From Dicyema japonicum (lineage: Eukaryota > Animalia > Dicyemida): a stretch of 64,000 bases of DNA. Where the stretch lies: positions 112,738-176,737 of the forward strand of contig RDEW01000024.1 of assembly GCA_011109175.1 (NCBI GenBank), written 5' to 3'. This document shows, piece by piece, positions 51,330 through 62,985 of the stretch. Position 1 is the first letter of the stretch. Each line of letters starts with the position of its first letter. The translations under genes were made by a program, and so were the position numbers. The notes beneath the pieces are model-generated. The model was not told the origin of the DNA and did no database searches. It saw only the letters and a program-made list of their open reading frames with translations.

Positions 51330-52141
51330 TTAATCATTCAACGAATATCCCCTTCCCCATGAAAGACCACCAACCCTCGCAGCTGGCGTGTTTCTGGAAA
51401 ACCCATAAACTCTATTTGGTCGCTGGGGAAACAGATTATTCCTAAAATAGTCAAATAAAGACACAACAGAAAAGCAGGAGTAAGGATCAGTGAATGCGTT
51501 TCATGAATTTAGGGGTATTTAACTGCCATAAAGTAGTACAAATGTCCCACCAGTATTCCCGCCAAATCATAGTAAAATCTACCTAAATAACCACCACTAC
51601 GAATTTTGCAGGAGAAAATTCCTTGAAAGTCATTCCAAACCAGAAGCTGACGACGGTCTCTGAGTTGAACTGACACCAAACATAAATCACTAACATTATC
51701 AGGGACATCGGCATAAACTAAACATCATTACTCAGCAAACAGGAAATCCTAAACACGTGGCCATTACAAGTGTCAGAATGGACATGAAAATCATCATGAA
51801 CAGAAAATCTCCCCTTTTCTCAGAAAACGTTGCTAAATATGTCAAAGAACCTCTACCTTCTTCCAGATTGTGGAATAGGAGTACATAAAATACATGTTTA
51901 TTAAAAAATGAAATCCCGTTTGTTTCGTCAAATAAAACGTGAAAATTGAACTGAAGGGTCGCCATATCTAATAAGGGATTAAAAATACCTCAAAATTAGT
52001 TATTATTTTTTCTGGGATGTAAGCAAGGGTAAAGAAGCTTATAATACCGAGATTACCCAGTAAAGAAAGTGCCACTGTGAGAGATAACCAGTATCGGGTT
52101 ATTAAGGGAATTGAAGAGAACCATTTATTTATGTCCGACAT
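51330..52141 (-). pseudogene. DERL1: Derlin-1 (ERAD), 5 introns of 21-26 nt; damaged copy
   Basis: MSDINKWFSSIPLITRYW, IWRP, YVWCQFN..VSFWFG, GILVGHLYYF, SWGRGYSL. Lesions: 1-nt deletion (~51868), loss of the AxYLPWV segment (~51620), in-frame TAA (51509-51511). Confidence 0.85.
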
Positions 52142-52754
52142 CACAACATGTAGTATCAAAATTTTTTTATTTTAAAATAATATTCAAATTAAATAACTAT
52201 AACTATTTAATAAATTATTTAATTTCATTATTTAAAAATGTCATGTGGCTCGCCGGCGACGTGGTAGCATTTGAAAGAAAAGGACCACAATTTCCCCTAA
52301 CTTCACGGGTGGACTAATAAGGAAGGCCTGCGCCGCTGTGGAGACGTTGAAGCAAACTCTGGACCAGCCAGAATAGTCCAACTCAATTCCATTTCAACTT
52401 GTGGAATTACGCCACGTGGTGCCATGTGGTGCAACCCCATTTGAAATTGAATTTTGAACATTTTTACCTGGCATTTCGATCTCTAATTATAAAATTTTTT
52501 ATTCCTATGTATGGATTTAAAAAATTCAGATAGCTGCGAACACATTGTTGTTCTGAAGTAGTGAATGATTGTTGTCAATAAGAGACGGACTTTTATTTCT
52601 GTCGTGTACAATATGTCGAAGATAGCGTTACATGAAAAAGTCACAAAAAAGATTTTGACTCCTGTCAATCGAATTAGACACAATGTGGTAAAGTAATGGC
52701 GATCTTGACCATTTTTCTCTTAGTAAGAATTTAAGCTTATTTAAACATAAAGAT

Positions 52755-52865
52755 TGACGAGTGACGCCATCTTTAGTGTTTCATCAATGCAGAACCTGAA
52801 CTCACACAAAAGCAAAAAGAAAAATAAGAGAATTCAAAAACATTTTCAACATCTTGGATTAATTA
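52755..52865 (+). mobile_element. SINE, internally deleted diverged copy
   Basis: TTGACGAGTGACGCC..CTCACACAAAAGCAAAAAGAAAA. Confidence 0.5.
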
Positions 52866-53109
52866 GCATAACTATTCTTACTTCTCAAATAAAATATGAG
52901 TTTTTCATAAGCTGAGGTTTAATAATAGAAACACTACAACTCCTTGGCGATAGGTGTTGTGCTTTTAACCACTAAGATTACAAAAATTTTATTCAAACTT
53001 AAAAAAAGAATAAAAAATTACAAAGACTAAATTAGTAAATTTAAAAAAAATAAAACTCAAAATTTTAGAAAATAAATTAATGATTTAATTGAATACATAT
53101 TATTGGTGT

Positions 53110-53324
53110 TGGTTTGACGAGTGACGCCGTCATCAGTGAATACTCACTGCGGAACTGGATTGTCTAGAAAGGACACTCACACAAGAAAAAGAAAAAAAAG
53201 AAGTGAAGATCATTCCTTGGTTCTACGATTAGTTAAAATTAACTGTTCTTTACTTAAATAAAGTGTGTGTCCACCCTATGCGGAGCTAATACCACGGCTC
53301 CGTGAAAAAGGCTGTTATTATTAT
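53110..53324 (+). mobile_element. 5'-truncated SINE with (ATT)n tail and 12-bp TSD
   Basis: Near-identical to the full-length copies; TSD TATTATTGGTGT at 53098-53109 and 53325-53336. Confidence 0.88.
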
Positions 53325-53603
53325 TATTATTGGTGTATTGGACTTTGGAGTCCACGAAACATGCAAAGCAATGTCTTTAGTTACACATAACAACACCGAA
53401 CACCAGTCGTTATCAATCTGACACGTGTGAAATAGAAACAGACCGACCTTTAAGAAATTGTAACAAACTAAATACAGAAATAGACTAACAGAAGGAGGCC
53501 AAGCGAAATCTCTAACAATTACTCCACTTTGGGAATTAAGCGTTTTTACCAAGTTCCAAATTCCATTTTCCCAGAAACTTAAAATTCATTTATAAACGCT
53601 ATA

Positions 53604-54832
53604 CAGTAAAGTCTCTCGAATCCGTTAATTTCGACAAAATCTGGCAGATTCGAGAGACCTATTGATTTTTTAATCCACTAATAATGTATATCAAAAAATT
53701 ATTTATGAACAAAAAATCAATAAGTTTTGATTTGTTTTTTTAGAGTTCGGATCACTTAAGATCGATTTTCGACATTAAAAAATTCTTCATTAAAATTTTT
53801 TTTAATTTATTTACGGTTAGAACTATCTATCTTGTTCCAAGCATAATATGTGAATAAAATTTCATTTTTTAGTTTAATTTTTTGTATGCAAAATAGTCAT
53901 TAAGCCTCCCTTACTTCCTTTGAAATCAGTAATCCCTCGTTTCGATGCAAATGTTTTGGATTTCTCAGTAATAATTTCATCGTTCAAAATGGCTCCTTTA
54001 ACATCCATTGAATTAACCCAATCGTATGGTAATCAATTTCACTAAACTTTAAATATTCTTTGCGAGTAATGTCAGATCGTATTAAATTTTTGAACAAAAT
54101 TTCTAATATTTTAATCGATAGTAATTCCATGTTTGATTTAATAAACTTTAAAATGGCAATTTTTTGTTTGTTTTTTAATCGTGTACAATTACTTTCCATA
54201 AAAATAACAATTTATTATTATTTATTTAATAACCCCGAAAAGGGAACACCAAGAAAGAAGGAGTAATCCAACTAATTAAGTGATCCCGGTACGCCTCAAC
54301 AGGATCGAGAGGTTTTTCCTGTGTTCCTCCAGAGTACCCACGGCTTTCCTGAATAAACGACGATCATCTTTCATTAGGGTTTGAAGAGGAGTGGGGTTTT
54401 TCCCCAAATTTCGTGTATTTGAAGCCTTTAGCCTTGAATGGAAGAAACGACTTGTTTTTTGGCCACACAGACAGATGAAGCCGGAGACATTATTTTTGAT
54501 TGAGGCGTGGTCAAGCATTGGAAGAAAAAGATCGGGGGGTAGATTCGTTTGACGTGCTAGTTTTCCAATTACGGTATTGATCTTGAGTGAATTTGATATC
54601 GAAGCTCCATAGGCCCATGAGGCACAGGCGTACTCAATGAAAATAACAATAAACACTGACAACGTGTTAATAAATTAATTATTTAATTATAAAATTATTT
54701 AAAAAAATTATTATTATTATTATTCATGGTGGATTCGTTAAAAAATCGGGCGGATTAGAGAATTTAGCGGATTCAAGAAATTTTGTTAGAGACTTTATTA
54801 GTTATAATTGGTAGATTCGAGAGACTTTACTG
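53604..54832 (-). mobile_element. pogo/Tigger-like DNA transposon, deletion derivative with nested LINE fragment
   Basis: Perfect 19-bp TIRs CAGTAAAGTCTCTCGAATC / GATTCGAGAGACTTTACTG, TA on both sides; CENP-B-type HTH: KIAILKF and IITEKSKTFASKRGITDFKGSKG. Confidence 0.9.
54200..54660 (-). mobile_element. I/Jockey-like LINE 3' fragment nested in the pogo element
   Basis: IEYACASWAY...KAVGTLEEHRKNLSILLRRTGIT*; 3' UTR homologous to 240-300; (TAA)n tail. Confidence 0.8.
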
Positions 54833-56261
54833 TACTTTCAAATACAAACAGAACCGTCGTAACGAGCTGTATCTAGCTTTCGTAGAACTTGATTTTTCCA
54901 TTTTATCAGGAAAATTAGGTGGAAACTAACTGATGGTCATCAAACCGCCTAGAATAGTATCACAATGAAACTTAAACGACAACCAAATTTCGTGAAGGCG
55001 GCTAACCTATCAAGCAGCCTCCCCTATGACAGTTTCATCAAATATCTCAAAAACACCGCAGATTCGAGAAGACTCCCTAAAAGACTTTTCCGAGAGAAAA
55101 TCTTCAAACTGGTTGCATATACCTTCATTTATCGATTTTGTGTTCGATTATTATTTAATTGTTTGTTTAAACTATTTGGTGACCGATATCTGCGAGGACA
55201 GGCATCCCGTCATGGATTCAGAACTTTTGCGTGATACAAAAGCTCAATCTTTTGCCTTGAAGGGTAAAGGCCTCACGAGAATATCAAAAAATTATTATTT
55301 TGAATAAGAAAAAACTTAAAATATTGATTTCTAACTTGTGTCTTACCTCAAAGGCAATGGTCTTTCTTAATAAGTCGGACATAAGAAGGTTGCAGCCCCA
55401 AGTACGGATGTCCGCTACCCTCTCCTTCACAGTAGCCTGATTGGTCTCAGCAATCTTTCCTAGTTCTTATTTTCTTCCTCTCGGAGCTCATCGAAAATCA
55501 AACTTTATGCCGATCTCCTCGTCTTTTCTAAAATCAATGAATGTTAATGGGGGACCAAAACTTGCAGGTACACCCCCCTTTCTGATAGCGATTTCAATGT
55601 TTTAGAAAAGCAATTCATTCGCTATGAGCTCTCCTTCCAGGATTCCTAGAGTCGACAAACCACGGTTGGTCTGATCATTTAAGACGTCACAAAAGAATAA
55701 TCTCTCCCTCTACCCTTTGGTGCCCCCTCTTTAGCTCGCTAACCATCGAACCTGTGCTTGTTAATGTTTTCTATTGATTTGCCTTAGAAAAGAGTCTATA
55801 CACGTGGAATCACATTGAACACAATTCAAGGCCATTTTAATCACATGATTGGCACATAATAGGAGATATCCTTAAGCTGACATAGTAACAAAATTAAAGT
55901 TGAGAAAACAAAGCCTGACACACCTTGTGGTTTCCTTTCTTGTCTGTGGAGAAGAAATTCAAATGAAAACGAACGCTATGGATTGTTTGGTTGTTGCTTA
56001 AGTCACAAAAAATTATACAGTATAGTTTGAAAAACGTTTAAACACGTGGATTCGAATGTTAAAGACGAGGAACGACTTTTTCGTATTCAAAGTGTATTTC
56101 TCTTAAATTGTAGGAAATCCTAGTAATACTTCACGCTTTGATAGATGGACAAATTCTTAACCCACGTAGATTAAATAATCTCTGGTCACATTTTAAAGTT
56201 TTTATTAATAAATTCAAATATAATCATTTTCATTGTTATTATAACCCACTTAAGTTTATAT

Positions 56262-56410
56262 GGTCTATCAATCAAAATAATGCATACATCGACCAAAATA
56301 AGGCATACATCGATCAAAATGAGATACAAAACAGTCAAAGTAAGAATGGATTCGACCAAAATGAGATAAATAACGATCAAAATGAGATATAAAACGATCA
56401 AAATAAGACA
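56262..56410 (+). repeat. Degenerate ~21-bp minisatellite (CGATCAAAATGAGATA..), reads as DQN(E/K/N)xxx heptads
   Basis: About seven units of (C)GA(T/C)CAAAAT. Confidence 0.75.
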
Positions 56411-57064
56411 CAAACAATATATGACTGATAATAATGATATGTTGATTTAAGGCAGTGCTTTGTTTGAATTACTCTACCAAAAGTTACTGTTCCCGCTGAA
56501 AGTTTTACTGCTTTTTGGTATCAAGATTTGAAGCATACTCCCCCTTAATGTAACGTGAATCATAATTTTAAGATTAGTACTGTATAACCTTTTGAATCCT
56601 CCAAAGATGAGACCATAGAAAATCTGACGCATTCGATAATTTTCGTAAGGATAATTTACTTTTCAAAAAAAGTTGGAGATTTGAGATGTTTTGTAATAGA
56701 TTATTGATTGCGAGATAAGTCAATTAAGATTTTACGAATTTTTACATTTTTAAAACAAAAGTTAAGATTATTTGAACAATTTACTTAAGTAATGAATTTG
56801 ATACTACGAACACATGGTACTACATATCCCGTAAATTTGATATTAATTTGCCGTAAATCATGATAGTAGTTAATTGGTGGGAAGGGTGAGGTGGTGACAT
56901 ACATGTATTGCACGGAATGACAAATTCGTTACAAGATGGGTCAAAGCTCTTGTCTTCCTTAGTGAGCATAGGCGAGTGGAGAACTCAGGGGACATCGGAA
57001 ACTCGACGTTCTGAACAATGAAGTGTAGAATTCGCGTAGAAGACAAGTTCGACCTTATTCTCCC

Positions 57065-57400
57065 ACTTAAGCCAAAAAATCACCCAATATTAAGTAATTA
57101 AGAGAAACGTGACATCACGGATCCCGGACATTTTCAGTAACACATTATCTTCTCCTGATGTCTCTCAAGATCTGACACACTTTCGGTAGGTACGACTAAC
57201 AGAAGATTTTCCACTAGGGATAAAACGACCCCCGGATCTTCTAATAAGAATCTCAAGGTGAGTCTCCCTCTTCACGACATCAGAAGGTTTATCGAAACCA
57301 AGTTTTAATGACATTAAATAATTAAACGACCAGTAGATTTTCTGACTAACCTCAAGGAAAGACGCCTAGTTATGACGTTGGAGGGTTTTGACGGGAGATC
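57065..57400 (-). mobile_element. I/Jockey-like LINE 3' fragment
   Basis: VSDLERHQEKI..MSGI and GGTGATTTTTTGGCTTAA, as at 16450 and 19110. Confidence 0.55.
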
Positions 57401-57482
57401 TGTCAATGAGCAATCACTTAAGCACTTATCGCTTAATTGGAGTTAAGTAGAAATATATTTTTGATAAAGTGGAATAAAATTG

Positions 57483-58146
57483 TTAAAATCTGCTATTCTG
57501 AAGCTGATTTACACAGGCGGAACAATTTCTCGAACAGAAACAGTCATTTCTGCAGGGAACCGACAGATCAACGGGAAAATGCATTTCTCGAATGAAATTT
57601 TCGTATTCAAAGTGTAATCTACGATGAAAGTGAGCGAGTTTGTTTTCGTACAAATTCAACATATGCTGAACATGATTCAAGCACCCATTATTGTTTCCAC
57701 GTGGGTCATACCAAATAGATGACCCAGGATTCATAGTATAATTAGATCCTTGTGGAATCAGCCCACTAAATTCAGGATTTTTCAGTACAGCAGTATTTTT
57801 GCTGCTACGATGTTCATTCGCGGAATTTTTAATGAGGTTTTCAATTTTAAACGAATTTTCCATATCTCTTCCCCCAACAGCCCGCCCACGTGCTTCTTTT
57901 TTTCTTGAAAAATTTTGGTGGACTTTTTTATGCCGACACAAATTGGAATACTGTGTGTATTTTTTGGAGCAAAACTATCAAATATGTGAGAATGATGCAT
58001 ACATTACAGCCATATGGCTTGAATGTTGCATGCACGTGCGAGTGCTGCTTTAGACCGCTCAGTGAGTAAAAGGATTTGTTGCAAAGTTCGCAGATATATC
58101 GTTCCCCCTCCATGTTTACATTTAATGGTCCGATCTGAGTTTTCAT
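57483..58146 (-). CDS. MECOM: EVI1/PRDM16/egl-43-type C2H2 zinc-finger protein, about 211 aa, 28-nt intron at 57975-58002; 5' end uncertain
   Basis: YICELCNKSFYSLSGLKQHSHVHATFKPYGCN/FCSKKYTQYSNLCRHKKVH matches the SGLKQH..HSSVKPF.C..C.KSYTQFSNLCRH signature; frame intact after splicing. Symbol denotes family, not proven orthology. Confidence 0.8.
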
Positions 58147-60595
58147 GTTTTCTGAAATGCCGCTATTCTGTTATTTGTACGTTTTTATATTGCGAATCCT
58201 GATTGTGCCTAGGCGGAGTTACGTTGTTTGCAATAAAAAATTTCAAAATCAAATGAAATTGGGAATTTTAATAGTTCCGTATTCATCATGATGGCGCAAT
58301 TTCTCATAATCGTAAATTTTTTCAATTTTTTTCTTTGTCTTGAATTGGGCGTGTTTGTAAATAATGATAATTCTATTTTGTACAAACCAAACTCATCAGC
58401 CATTAACCACTATTAATGTTGGCTGTTGAAGTTGGGGTTAATTCCCTAATAAAGGGTCCTTATCAGCTCATTCATCTATCACTAATGTTGTTGATTAAGT
58501 GATATCAGTGAGGCGTTTCCTCACGTAAAATTACTTCTTTTAAATCAATCAAGTGGAAAGGTCAATATATACGATTGGGACGCTTAGTCCCCTAGATGTA
58601 TTTGAACTCCCTTCTAGTTCGCTCATTTTTGTGCTGACAGGATTCGAACACTGATCCTACGTGCATCCGACACTTCAGTGTTCAAAGCTTTGAGTTTCAG
58701 ATGTCTTCTGAGTCCCTCATCTTCTCCATGCACACAATAAAATGGGAGACAAGAGTTTCTATATATCATGAAGCTAAGTAGACATTCCATGCAATAGTGG
58801 TACGCCACCTCCTCGTCCTACCGACCTTCTAACCACTTGGCTGACTGGAGTACTTTGATGTGTAATTAAATTTTCGTTGCAGTATCAGCCTAAGGATAAT
58901 TTTAAATAAAAGATAATGGAACACTTTGGTCCCCCGATAAGTACTAAATGTTTAACTTCAATCAAATAGGTGTTGAAAACTCTTACTTGATATTCAGTAA
59001 ATTTATTTATCTTATGAATATCTGAAACCACACAAGTTTTGTGATAATATTTGATCAAGTAGTAAATTCTATAACTCAGGTCGTGATTAGCTCTGAGTTG
59101 GACTCTAACACAGCTACTTGTCTCATCAGGATTCCTATCAGCTCTTTACCTTTTTTAGTTCCTATGACGCATCATGTGATCTACCTGTCCACGATGATGC
59201 CTAAAGTCTGGTCGGAATACAAAAAGATCTCGATCTTGAAATTAATTTGTCACACTACAACTGTGGGAACTAAATATACCTTATCGCATGTAAAGCTGGA
59301 AATCTTAGAGAACTTCTATTAGGGCACATTAAGGCATATATCAGTTTTTTTAAAGAATTCAAACCCGTAAAAAGTATAAGATCAAATCAATACATAAAAT
59401 CAATATCTAAAGTTTTGACTGAAAATTACTTTTTTGTATCTCCCAGATATACTGACCGTAATAAACTAATTCGAAGAGACCTTGATTGACTCGTTTGAGC
59501 CATAGAACTAACCACATATTTAACAATATTGCCATCTATCTATTTTCCATGAGATAAACAAAGACAATTATCTTGGATGTCACGTGTGTGGGTATCGATC
59601 TTTTAGCTACTCGCGTGGATCAGCATTTGCTTAAAAGAATATAAGGAGTTTTTGAAAACTTGCAGGTTCAGCTAAAAACACTCAATAGACCACCTATGTC
59701 TATAAATTGATAGATCCTCTAAACGAGTTGAAGTCTGTTCCACAAGGGTTCGTCACACATGTTCACGTGCTACATATCTAATACAGAGGACTGTAGCGAA
59801 GGGGTCAAAGAAGATAATAACGAAGAAATTCATCGGGGAAGTAAGGGATTAATAAGGTCACGATTATTTGAACAAACCAACTAGCAACTAACCCCCTGAT
59901 CAACGTTCCCACAATTCCAAACGGTATTCGGAGCGGAAACACTGGAATATCCTACGCTTCCTTAGTTACAACTAACGTCCACCGGAGTCTTACAATTATC
60001 CACCCAAATGAGAAGTTATACTTTTAAGATTAAGTGTTAGACAGGGGAAGTTCTAGCAATAAAACTACGCTACCAGCTCAACCTTTAGACTAATCAATTA
60101 CTATAACTGGCATAAGCAACCCAGAAGCTCAGCGAACTAGCTTCTATCTTGCTTTCATATAATCTCCGAATGCCATGGACTAAGGATGTTCAATGGTAAC
60201 TGTATACATAGAGGAACATCTGTGATTAATTGCTTCACATACAAATTGAATGTTGAGCTAGGGAAACTAATCCCTTCTTTAAGTTAAATACTCCTGTCCA
60301 AAGTTATCTGGTATATACAAGTAGAATCAACAGATTCTTCAATTTGGGTATTTGAACTTAGCAAGAGTTGTCTATGACGATTTTGCTGACTATCAATCAT
60401 CATATTAATCACGTGCAAACCAATTAAACCAAATAAAGTCAATAAGTTAACTTTGGTAAGATTTGGTAGACATTTTAAAGAAACTTTAAAAATTAATAAA
60501 AATTTATCTAACAAAAAAAATAATTTAAAAAATATTTAAAGTTTTAATTTGGTGAAATAAATAATATAAAAATATATCAACTTACGTATTTTTGG

Positions 60596-61264
60596 ATGTT
60601 ACGTTTAATTTTGCTAGTTACTTGTGCGATATTTTGTTTAGAAGAGACTGAGGACTGCAGTTTGAGTTGTAGCAGTGTTCTATTGAAATGTAGAACACTT
60701 AAATATTGTGATTGTTACTACGTAAACACTCCTATAACAAAAAAGTGCCACGAAGAATGCAAAAGATGCCTGGATTACCGATTCGATGACTGCTGTGGCT
60801 GTCTCGGTTAATTTTGGAGATATTTTGAAGGAATGTGCGACCATAAGCTAAAACGGGGGGAAGAAAGGTCACGTTCTGGCGCCTGTTTGAACCCCTCGAA
60901 GGATATCTTCGACATATTTTTGAACAAGAACGACAGTCGTTATTTTATCTATAAATACGACAAACTCGTGGATTTGGATTATCCGCCCAAAACGATAGAA
61001 TCTCTCAGACGAATACTAGATCTACCTGAAGAATCCAAGTGGTGCACTGTAATCTACTGGAATATCTGCATGACTTTCCCTCGCTGTGTGGATGTCTGTC
61101 AGAATGTCAAGTCATTCGGGTTTTTGAGTGATTTATTTGAAAGATATCGATTTTTCGTGAATGGATGTTGTGAGTGCATCGGGGAACTTTGTATTGGCTT
61201 TGGATCAAGGTTAATGCAATGTGCTCAATGTCCCCAAAAGCTCATCCGCAATAATGATTTGTGA
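60596..61264 (+). CDS. TWSG1: Twisted gastrulation (secreted BMP modulator), about 206 aa; introns 60807-60830 and probably 61120-61143
   Basis: Signal peptide; N-terminal Cys domain ending CCGCL/GMC; C-terminal CTVIYW..CM...C...C..YRFF.NGCCECIG..C..FGS...C..C. Confidence 0.9.
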
Positions 61265-62399
61265 TTTTTGAATATCCTTTACTTAGTTTTTGATAACCCC
61301 TGGATACCTTGAAATAGGTTTTATCAAATTATTTAGGTAACCTGGGTCAAATGACCATCAATCTGTATTGCATGCCTGCAAGTGCAGTCTCTCGACTGGT
61401 AAAGCCTTAGACTCTGTCTAATAAATTTCCCAGTAGGAGTAGGATGCATTCATTAAAAACATCACGTGCATGCATATCCGCTAATGTGGAACTGTTCTAG
61501 TGGAGTAGAGAAGAGCGAGATCTTTTATGGTCAGGAATTAGACTTCTTCTGATAGGGGACATCACATCGCCTCTAGGAATCGGAAAGGCAGAGTAGAAAG
61601 GAAATATTTTGGATAAGTAGGTATCGGCATTTAAGGAATTACTATGTCCTTACTTTGTTAAGAAAGTGTTTTTTGTATTTTTGTAACTTGTTTGAGTTAA
61701 CACTGAATGATGAAATAGCTCTCCCAAAACATTGACAAGTTATCACGGAGATAACTTTTAATCGGTTATTTATTCGGATTAAATGACTATCTCAAAAGAC
61801 ATTGGGAAGGACGAACAGATTAGTAATTTTTCAACTACTTTCTCAGCATTAGCTGCCAGTCTCTTACTGTTGTTTTATGAAGATGCAGTTATTTTCATTC
61901 CTCGAAAACAGTCTTAGATTGTAAATCAGCGTTCCCACTAAGTAAGTGAGTTGCATGACATTCCTTTTAAAGGGAAGTCAGATCATACGTTATGAGAAAA
62001 AACCTTCTCTTTTTTGGGAATAATCACGATTCCAGGACAAACCGTATGATGAAGCTAGGCATGGACACTGGGATCACTTCATTTGACGATAATTCTTATT
62101 CTTCTGTGCAGACTTATTTACTCATTACAAATTTTTTCCACACTCACATTTAGTTCATAGACATTTGAGAAGATCAAGACACATGGCTAACAGTTAGCGA
62201 CAGCAATTAGCTGATAACCTGTGATCAGTCATGTGAATCACGTGTGACAGAAAACAACTAGTTAAATGTATCCGGGTCTCACTCAGAGAGACCTTCAATA
62301 TCACACAAGCGTATACAGATTCAGTGGAAAAGCAAAAAGCATCCAGCCTTTGAAGGCGTGGGAGTCCTTCCAATGGAATGGTGGAGCAAATGATGTTGA

Positions 62400-62870
62400 T
62401 TTGTCTTTTCACTGACGTTCATCTGATACGGATAGATTACATACGACACTCTGATAGAATGAATGGTCCTACATGCATCTGACACTTCCTTCGTTTAGAA
62501 ATTCAATTTCGGATGACTCACAAGTCCACCACCTTCTCCATATTCACAAAAAAAACAAGGGAGGTTAAGTAAACATTTCCAGCAATAGAGGTACGTCACC
62601 AACTCAACCTTCCATAAATTAATAACTTTACTATGAAATTTCCATCATTAGAGCAATATTCGATGAATAATGGTCATTAATATTCCTCTTTGTCGTCCTG
62701 CCATCCGACCGACCAATCTTCTCACATCCTTCTGTTGTGAACTTTCTTATGGAGAGTTGTGTATCTTAGATATTTTCCACTGCAGAATTAAAAGAAAACT
62801 TACTATGGTTGTTCCATAAGAGCCAATACAGAGTTCATCAGTATGTGAATTAAGTGAGGTAAATGATTCA
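62400..62870 (-). other. Unidentified, probably decayed gene with micro-introns
   Basis: Canonical-looking gtaagttttcttttaattctgcag (24 nt) and gtaaagttattaatttatggaag (23 nt); no continuous frame recovered. Confidence 0.3.
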
Positions 62871-62985
62871 TCCACGGAAACAACTTTTTAATTTATTAAT
62901 TTTCAAAAAATATTATTTATTAATTTTTTAATAAAATATACAAAAATCCTGGCTTTAGTTCCTATGGCTGATTACTAGGTCGAAG

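Noticed and set aside
52315-52392. RNase P RNA (GGAAGGCCTG and AACTCAATTC resemble CR-I and CR-V)
   Set aside because: The spacing of about 55 nt is far too short
58625-58845. tRNA gene (B-box GTTCGAATCC, 9-bp stem GAACACTGA/TCAGTGTTC, distant A-box-like motif)
   Set aside because: No cloverleaf can be built; at most SINE or tRNA debris
59700-60514. Gene divergent from tsg
   Set aside because: No consistent spliced frame or recognisable motif
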